Assembly: GCF_009914755.1 (NCBI RefSeq)
Contig: NC_060930.1
Strand: one strand, 5' to 3'
Length of the DNA: 64,000 bases
DNA from: the human T2T-CHM13v2.0 reference genome, Homo sapiens
Under the pieces are notes generated by a model that saw only the letters and a list, made by a program, of their open reading frames with translations, ran no database searches and was not told the origin of the DNA. This document shows, piece after piece, positions 56,775 through 64,000 of this stretch. How positions within the stretch are numbered: the first letter of the stretch is position 1; each line of letters opens with the position of its first letter. The translations under genes and the position numbers were made by a program.

Positions 56775-57350
56775 TTTTGCAAATTATTGATCCTATTTTT
56801 GAAAAGGGTAAAAAGATAGTTGCTAACTGCAGAGCAAACAATGTGATAGGGCCCTTTGGTGAGATTCTAGATCAAACTGTTGAAAAATTGGTTTGCAAGC
56901 ATGAAATAAATTTCCAGTAATCACCAAGAGCCAGCATGGGTTCCCTGAAAACTGTTCGTGACAGCACAATATTACGCTCTTTTTTGTGAGAGTAGTTTGT
57001 CTCATCCAGAAAATGTAACCGAAGTAGAGCGCCCGGATTCCAATGAGGCAATTTGCAAGATTCTTCTTCACAACAGGCTGATGAACAAGATAGAAAAGTA
57101 CAAGCAGAAGGGCAATGCATTTGACTGGTTTTAAAACAAGTTGCATATTCATATCCCCAAAGTAATGATTAGTGAAATCATGTCAATCTGCAGATGATTT
57201 CTAAGTGACAGGCTACTTATCTTTGTCTTGTTCAATCTTTTAAAAAAAAGAACTTAGAGGAATAATCGAAGGTCTGCCTACTGAATATGCAAATGGTGAA
57301 GAGCTTGGAAGGAAAACAAATGTTAGGTAATAGAACCAGGATTTTAAAAA
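56775..57350 (+). mobile_element. L3/CR1 LINE, RT-domain fragment
   Basis: Decayed frames read PIFEKGKK..ANCR (PIFKKGKK..GNYRP), VITKSQHGF (SQHGF), DSNEAICKI.LH..LMNKIEKY (DFSKAFDKV.H..L..KMEK), then LFN....EG...EYANG (LFNIF...KFADD). Confidence 0.82.
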
Positions 57351-58154
57351 CTCTATTATTTAGAGATTGCTACAGTATTTAGGTTTTGACAATAAACACT
57401 TTATTTCACGATGAGTCTTCAGAACACTGTTATCCATGCATCCAAATCACAAACATACTCTCCTCTTTCTCTTGGCTTCCCAAACTTCTATGAATATTCT
57501 GTTCCCCTGGCACTGAACCAGCACCATAGGAATGGAACAAAGACAGAGCCCTCCTTCTGAAAGACCAAGCTGTAAAATTAGCAAAGGAATAAAAAACAGC
57601 TGGCGAAATGTGATAGTTGTTATTCCGAGCCCATGAACCTGAAAAGATAGTTTATTTTAGAAGACAAACAAAATCTGCCTTCTGTTTGATCTGGGATAGC
57701 ATCCACCGTCAGGAGCCGTCGACTCGCATTTAGTTACTCTGGAGGTTTGGGACAAGCAGTACAGGCGTTATAAACAACGAAAAGAAAGGATCAGTTTCCA
57801 TCATAATTTGACAGTAAACAGTACTAATTTGACTCTGCAGCTGTTTATTGATATCCAAAAGAAAGAGTTGCAATTCAATAGAGAGAACAGTAGCCAGTGT
57901 GCTGGGGCAGAATTGTTCGTAAGATGGCAGGAGCCAGGCTGTCTTGAATCTCTCGATGTTAGTAAGAACACAATGTAAATTGCCACACAATGTGGTTTTC
58001 ATCTGGCAGCAGATCCAGCAATGGGAGCCTATAGTTTTTAGCCTCCAGAGAGGGTTCTCTGTAGTGGCTTCATCTTGCTTTATCTTAGTAACTGCCAATG
58101 GATTCCCTGTCAATCATTTAATATTTTACAGAAAAACAGGTCTGGCCCAAGGCA

Positions 58155-58340
58155 AAATTCACTCACTCACTCACTGACTCGTTTTACGCGTACAATGTTT
58201 ATTAAGTGCTTGCTATGTGCCAAATGCTGAGCTGTGTATTGAAGAGAAAAATGATGCATAGCGTTCATACCACTGTGATCTTCACTTTCTAGCTATAGAG
58301 AAATCTGCAGACTGATAATGATGATACAATAAGATAAGCA
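58155..58340 (-). mobile_element. L2 3' tail
   Basis: (TCAC)n-like tail, then ATGTTTATTAAGTGCTTGCTATGTGCCA.ATGCTG.GCT. Confidence 0.65.
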
Positions 58341-58509
58341 CAATAATAGACAGGTACTCTGGTTATCAAAGAATCTGGTTAGTTGAGTTCCCATGTGTAT
58401 ATCATCCATGAACTGGTCATACAGAACTAGGTTAAATAGTATCATAGACTAGATTCAAAAGCTGTGGCCCACATTATTTATTTATTTATGACATTTTAGG
58501 TGATTTTAA

Positions 58510-58735
58510 CAAGAACTAATATACCAGGGAACTTGATAAGTATTTTCCATGCATTATGCCCATTACTCCTCACAACCGCATTATAAGGTAGGTACTATCG
58601 TCATCATTCACTTGGCCAATAAACAAGCTATGGCATGGCATAAAGGTTGAATTTCTTGCCTGTGGCCATGAAACTAGTGAGTGGAGAAGCCAGGGGTAGA
58701 ATCCCAGTTCAGTGGACTCCCTGTCCCATGCTTTT
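58510..58735 (-). mobile_element. MIR containing the segment duplicated at 61325-61410
   Basis: TCCTCACAACC..TATAAGGTAGGTACTAT...CTAGT.AGTGG..AAGCCAGG...GAA.CCCAG. Confidence 0.75.
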
Positions 58736-59574
58736 TATAATAATGCTTCTAGTTAAGGTACTTAGAAGTCGTGAATCTAGGAGCTCATCATGGACATCAA
58801 TTATCATTGTCATATATTTTTGAAAAAGCATAGGTTTTGCCAATGAATACAACATTATTCTACTAATTTATTACAATTTACTCTCAAATTTCTCCATATA
58901 ATATGAAATTGCCACTTTAGTGATGCTCAGGGCCTTTTGCCTAGGATAAACAGAATATTGGGCTTCAGTTCTTTAAAACTTACTTGTTGGGCACTTACTA
59001 TATGTCAGGAGCAAGCATGTGCTCTCCCATTACTGGGAGTCACAAGTCCAGTCAAGATGTTCCTGTGACATTATCCTGATTCCCTACCAGGAACAGTTGT
59101 CTGCTTTCCCAATCCAAAATTTAGAACAAACACAATCCCACAACATTTTAAATAATTTCCAAGACATTTACCATTTTCTGTCAAATCAGAGAGAAGAAGT
59201 AAGAGTGGACAGCTGTTAGAAGAGAAAACCCTGTCCCATGTTCAGTTTAGTAAGAATATGCACTTTTACAACTTATATTTTAATTTATCTTCCTTTCAGA
59301 TGCAATTGAATCTTCATCATTAGGTCATATCTGGCCTGGCCAAATAAAGCATTCTATTTAGAAAATGGAACACTTTGTTCAGCCAGCATCTCTCCATTTC
59401 ACTTAAAAAAAAATAGACGCAGTGGACTTGTGACTTCCAAATTATTTCATGCAGTTGGTTTGCCCATGTTCTGATGCACAATAGATGTGAGTGAGCTTTG
59501 GAAATCCTGAGGGCAAAGAAGAATACACGTGATTTGGTAGAGTGGCAGAATTTTCTCCTTATATGTTCCTTACG

Positions 59575-59800
59575 TGTATGTGTGTATATATACATATGCA
59601 TGTACACACACAAATAACACACATATACAACACATATATATGCTATATATAGCATATATAACACATATTATGTTGTATATGTATACACACATGTATGTAG
59701 ATATAACATGACATGCATCTATAACATATATAATATACATATGTGTATATTAACATATATAACATATATACATATATAACATATCTATTATATGTATTTA
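59575..59800. repeat. TA/CA-rich low-complexity tract
   Basis: Degenerate ATATAACAT/ATATAC units. Confidence 0.85.
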
Positions 59801-60119
59801 ATTTCTTTGGTACATTCATCATTTGTTAAACACACAAAAAATGAGGGAAGTATAGTTCTAAATATCATTAAAGGAAAATAAACTGTGAAGCTCAGTTAGG
59901 CTTCTTCATGTTATACCTTGATTCTATCCCCATCACTGATCTATGTCTTGTTACCCGAGTGCCACAACTCTCTCTGACTTTTCTTGGTAATTTGTTAATA
60001 TCCTCCCACTTAAGGAGTGAGTTTGGAGCATTCAATACAAATAATAGCTTATATATAACTATATGTGTGTCATATATGTATTATGTGTCGGCACTTTACA
60101 GCAGCAGACCACACAGTAG

Positions 60120-60702
60120 TGTATGTATTAGGATGCTCTCAGTGGCAAGCAACACAGTATCCTGACTTCACTGCCTTTAGCAAAGAATACATTTACTATT
60201 TCATGTGGCAGTTCCAGAGATACAGCACATTCAGGGATGGTTAATTAAGTGAATCAATAATATTATCGAAGACCCAAGATCTTTCCATCTCTCTGCTCTG
60301 CCATCCTCAGAGAGGTGGCATTATGCTCAAGCATGTCCCCTCACGGTAGCAAAATGTCTGCAGTAACAGGACCAGTATGGTCATCTAGATATGGCTGTGG
60401 CCAGGGGAAGAAGATACCACTTCTTTTTATGCCTCCTCGTAAAAGCAAGGAAACCTTTTGTCCAACCCCTCAAAGACTTCCCCTCACATCTCAGTGGTCA
60501 GAATTGCATTACAGGCCCTTCTTTCCACCAGCCACTAGCAGAGGGAAAAGGAACCACCATTATGAGCTTACACCAACCAGAACACACCTCCTAGAGTTCA
60601 TGACCATGTGGAAGAGATAGATACCTGAATAAAATTGAGGTTTGTTTATCAAGAAGTTGGAGTGAATGGCTTTTATGTAGGCAATCAACAGTGTCTGTTA
60701 CA
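60120..60702 (-). mobile_element. MLT1K-like MaLR solo LTR
   Basis: TGTATG..TTAGGATGCT.TC.G.GCAAG.AACA...GACCCA..TCTTTCCATCT.TCTGCTCTGCCATCCTCAG...GACTTCCCCTCACATCTCA.TGG.CAGAA...GTAGGCAA.CAACAGTGTCTG.TACA. TSD AGTAG/AGTGG. Confidence 0.85.
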
Positions 60703-61324
60703 AGTGGTCATGCCTGGCCTGTCTAACCTTCAAATAATCTTGTATAGAAGGCAAGTCAGGCATTACAACCCCCAAGAAGCAGAAGAGAAAAGCAAACATT
60801 TTAGTTGTTTGTGCAAGGCCACCTGGAATTAAGCAGCAAAGTGAAGATTTCAACCAAAGTCTTCAGTCTCATATTCAACGTTCTTTGAATTATCTGTCTC
60901 CTGGTCTTGGCATAGTCAGTGACTTTTCATCACTTTAGTGCTTGCTATCTTTCCTGGCGCCTGAACTCAGCTAAGATTTGCCTTCTTCCAATGATGGATG
61001 TGTAGCTGACACTTAGGGAGCACTTACTATGCACTGTGCTAAACACTTTACACAATTAATCTCACAAAACCCCAAATCACACAACTAGTGTGAGGAATTG
61101 GGTTCAATCTGGTTTAATCAAGTCTAGAAACCATATTCCTATTACTACGTAGTGGGTGTACTGTCTGTTGTCAGGGATGCAATGGGCAGGCATGAAGTTA
61201 ATTCAACATTGCACAAACCAAGGAGTGCTTTCAGATGGAAATTGATTTACAACAGTAGATATGTGCCTTTGTGGTAGAAGAAACTTGGTATTCAATACAG
61301 TTACCCTCGGTTACAGGCTATTAG

Positions 61325-61410
61325 AAGCTATGGCACAAAGGCTGAATTTCTCACCTGTGGCTGTGCAACCAGTGACTGCAGAAGCCAGGAGTAGAATCCC
61401 AGTTCAGTGG
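61325..61410. repeat. Direct duplicate of 58625-58715
   Basis: 75/86 identical after removing a 5-bp TGGCA tandem duplication present in the 58.6-kb copy. Confidence 0.92.
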
Positions 61411-61429
61411 GATTGAAAAAAAATCCCAA

Positions 61430-61565
61430 CTGAGCCTCTGTTTTCTTATTTGCAAAATAAGGATAAAAGTAATTTCTGCTTCACAGCCTTGTTGTTGCAA
61501 AGATTAAGAAAGACTATATGAAGAAACACTCTGTAAATTGCAGACTATTAAAATGATTATTAATA
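61430..61565 (+). mobile_element. MIR, 3' half
   Basis: CTGAGCCTCTGTTTTCTTATTTGCAAAATAAGGATAA...TTCACAG...GTTG..AAGATTAA...AACACTCTGTAAA.TG. Confidence 0.8.
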
Positions 61566-62005
61566 ATTTTTATGATTATTGGCATCATCTGCTTTCAGAG
61601 ATCAGGGTGTTCCATGCCTGTGACTCATTTTCTCTGCCCTCTAAGAAAGGCAGGGATTAAGAAACAAGAAACTGTGAAGTGATATCAACAGTTCTGCAGA
61701 TAGGTGAAGGCTGTCATAGGCTTAATTCTGCCCTGGGCTGGGCATGGCTATTCAGTCCCGATAATCCACCCACCCCGCCCAGGATGACTTCCTCACCTCT
61801 CCTTCTATTCCTCACTCCTCTCACCTTTTGCCCTGGAGCTGTTTAGTGCTCTCCTCTATCCTGTGGTTTTTCTCTAGGTGGCAGGGAAGGGTAAGATTGT
61901 ATGTAACACTAGCAAAATCAGAGAATGTGCATAAATCACCATGTGGATAAACTCCGGTATAGGGCACAGGCTGCTCTATGTGAGCTGAGATGCTCCTGAG
62001 AGCTG

Positions 62006-62079
62006 ATTTTACATACGATGCAGCAGACATGGAGCATCACCCTCGAACAGCATGACATAGACCTGCCAGATGCTACAGC
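62006..62079. repeat. 74-bp direct repeat, copy 1 (pairs with 63654-63727)
   Basis: 63/74 identical, ungapped. Confidence 0.93.
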
Positions 62080-62460
62080 TGGGAGAGGGAGAGACCCTGG
62101 CAGTCACCTAAACCCTTCTGTTCCAGATGTTAATGGATGTGATTAAGAAAGAGAATTCATACTCAAAAGTGTCTGGCAAGCACAGGGCTAAACACAGTTA
62201 AACAAGTTTCTTTATTTATGGTTGGATTTGGGGAGTCTTTAATAGGCTAACATGTATTATGGATGTCTAAGAAGGGATTTCCCAGGATTTACTTGATAAT
62301 AAAATAATTTTTTCATGAAGCATCTGATGAAACCCATTTTCCATAGAACACTGATTAAATTCAGTCATATTTTATATTTGGGGAAACTGAGGTTCACAGA
62401 GGTGAACTGAGTTGCTCAAGCTAGTGGAAGAGGAAGGCTCCCAGTTCATCATGTCCTATA

Positions 62461-62648
62461 TAGGCAGTTCTCAGTCTTTACCGTCCATCAACATACCCTG
62501 GAGAGCTTGTTGAAACAGATTTCTGGGTCCCATCCCCAGAGTTTCTGATTCAGTAGGTCTAGGGAGGGGCCTGGAAACTTGCACCTGTAGCAAATTTTGG
62601 GGTGTTGCTGATGCTGCTGGTCTGTGGCTCACACTTTGAGAACCCCTG
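62461..62648. mobile_element. MER5A MITE
   Basis: CCTGGAGAGCTTGTT.AAACAGATT.CTGGG.CCCA.CCCCAGAGTTTCTGATTCAGTAGGTCT.GG...GCTGATGCTGCTGGTC...CACACTTTGAGAACC.CTG. Confidence 0.9.
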
Positions 62649-63653
62649 CCTTATAGCACCTGACTCTTATTAGATATTATGGCAGAAAACAGTTGAATCG
62701 GGTTTCTTCTATATGGAGAGGTGTGACTGCCTGGAAGCAGAAGAAACATGAATAGATAGAGTAAGCAGGTGCCCTCATGATGGGATTTAAGGAGCTCTGG
62801 GAGGCCAGCTCAGCCTTCCAAACTCTTCTACCCTTCCTGAAGGTTTTCCTTCCCTTTGTCACCTTACCTGGAACCCTACCCAATGGAGATTCATCATGGT
62901 TCTTGCTTTCCTTGTTTTTATCTTGTTGCGTTTTACAGTGTAAATCTCCTGGGAGAGTTGAAAAAGATCATCAGTCACTCACACTTGAGTGAGACTTAGT
63001 TACATCAGATTTCCCTTTGTACCTGGCTGAGAATACTGTCAACAGAGAAAGAGATTTTTGACTGGGTTGGGGAAATTGCACTTATGTTTGGAGGATGAAA
63101 GGGGACTTTCAAATGGGTTGCTGGGTGCCTGGTGAGTGAGCGTGACAGGAGATGGCATGCTGCTTTGGGTTGAGCTGCGCTTTCACGCTGTCTCGTAAGT
63201 ATCACTAGCTACTGAACTAGGAAGGAGGGGAGGATGCAGATTTTCCTGTTGGATCCCAGGAGGACTTTCCTCATTCCCCTATGGGAATCTGGGGTAGTGG
63301 GGTAGTGGGGCAGATACAAATGACTCCCAGGGTCCCTGTTGACTAGGGAAGCTCCTTTGGGTGACAAAATGCCAGGATCTGATGTTGTCTGAGTGCTGGG
63401 TGGTCTGTCCCTGTGCTGTGCCCTGTGCTCATGGGAACATCTGCCAGCTTCTTTGCTGAATTCTGTTTACTAAAGAGCTGTTGGTTTATTCCCTGGGACT
63501 GTAGCAAAAGCTGCTGCTTCCTCTTTCTGTCTCCCTCTGGTTTTCTTTTTCTCTTTTTCCTCTTGTCAGCCTCTCTGTGTTTTGCCCTGTTTCCAGTCAC
63601 AGTCTCTCTATGGAGGCAGATGGGAAGAAACTTCTCTGGACAGGAGATTTAAC

Positions 63654-63727
63654 ATTTTACATATTCTGCGGCAGAGATGGAGCATCACCCCCAAACAGCA
63701 CGACATAGACTTGCCAGACGCCACAGC
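63654..63727. repeat. 74-bp direct repeat, copy 2
   Basis: See 62006-62079. Confidence 0.93.
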
Positions 63728-64000
63728 ACCTGGACTACAACTGTGCCCATTTCCAGGGGTGCCATTTGCATAGAGTTGCATCAAAATGTTACCCTGCCCA
63801 AGTCATGATACTTGGGTGGCTGTGGCCAGTGCCTTCCCTAATCTCTGCCTTTAACTAATGAGGAAGAATGAGGATGGGATGAGAGTAGAGGTGGGATGAG
63901 AAAGAGTAGAGACCCCCTTCCGCAGACCCAATACCAGGAAAAATTGCAATTCCCTTTCAATTTCTTCTCAGCTGCCCCAGGGTAACAGGTGGCCACCCTT

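Overview
Non-coding primate (human-like) genomic DNA: AluY, AluS and AluJ copies, an L1PA3-like insertion and a THE1 LTR, on a background dense in MIR and L2. I find no credible host protein-coding gene, RNA gene or CRISPR array. The only real protein-coding remnants come from retroelements: a broken L1 ORF2 and decayed L2 and L3/CR1 reverse-transcriptase segments. Much of the window is layered transposon debris (7 Alus, 3 L1 pieces, L2, L3, MIR, MaLR/ERVL solo LTRs, hAT and TcMar MITEs). Between these lie repeat-free islands rich in developmental TF motifs, which are candidate enhancers. The least explained structures are three short local duplications, all about 85-87% identical: an ~190-bp inverted pair at 45.1/46.4 kb and direct pairs at 58.6/61.3 kb and 62.0/63.7 kb. 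Also notable are a 32-bp E-box-bearing minisatellite that starts at an LTR terminus, a ~41-bp L1 insertion with a perfect 17-bp TSD, and several minus-strand exon-like segments that could belong to a spliced lncRNA. I cannot support a new multi-gene system here. Repeat family names come from my recollection of consensus sequences, not from a search, and boundaries of old repeats are approximate.
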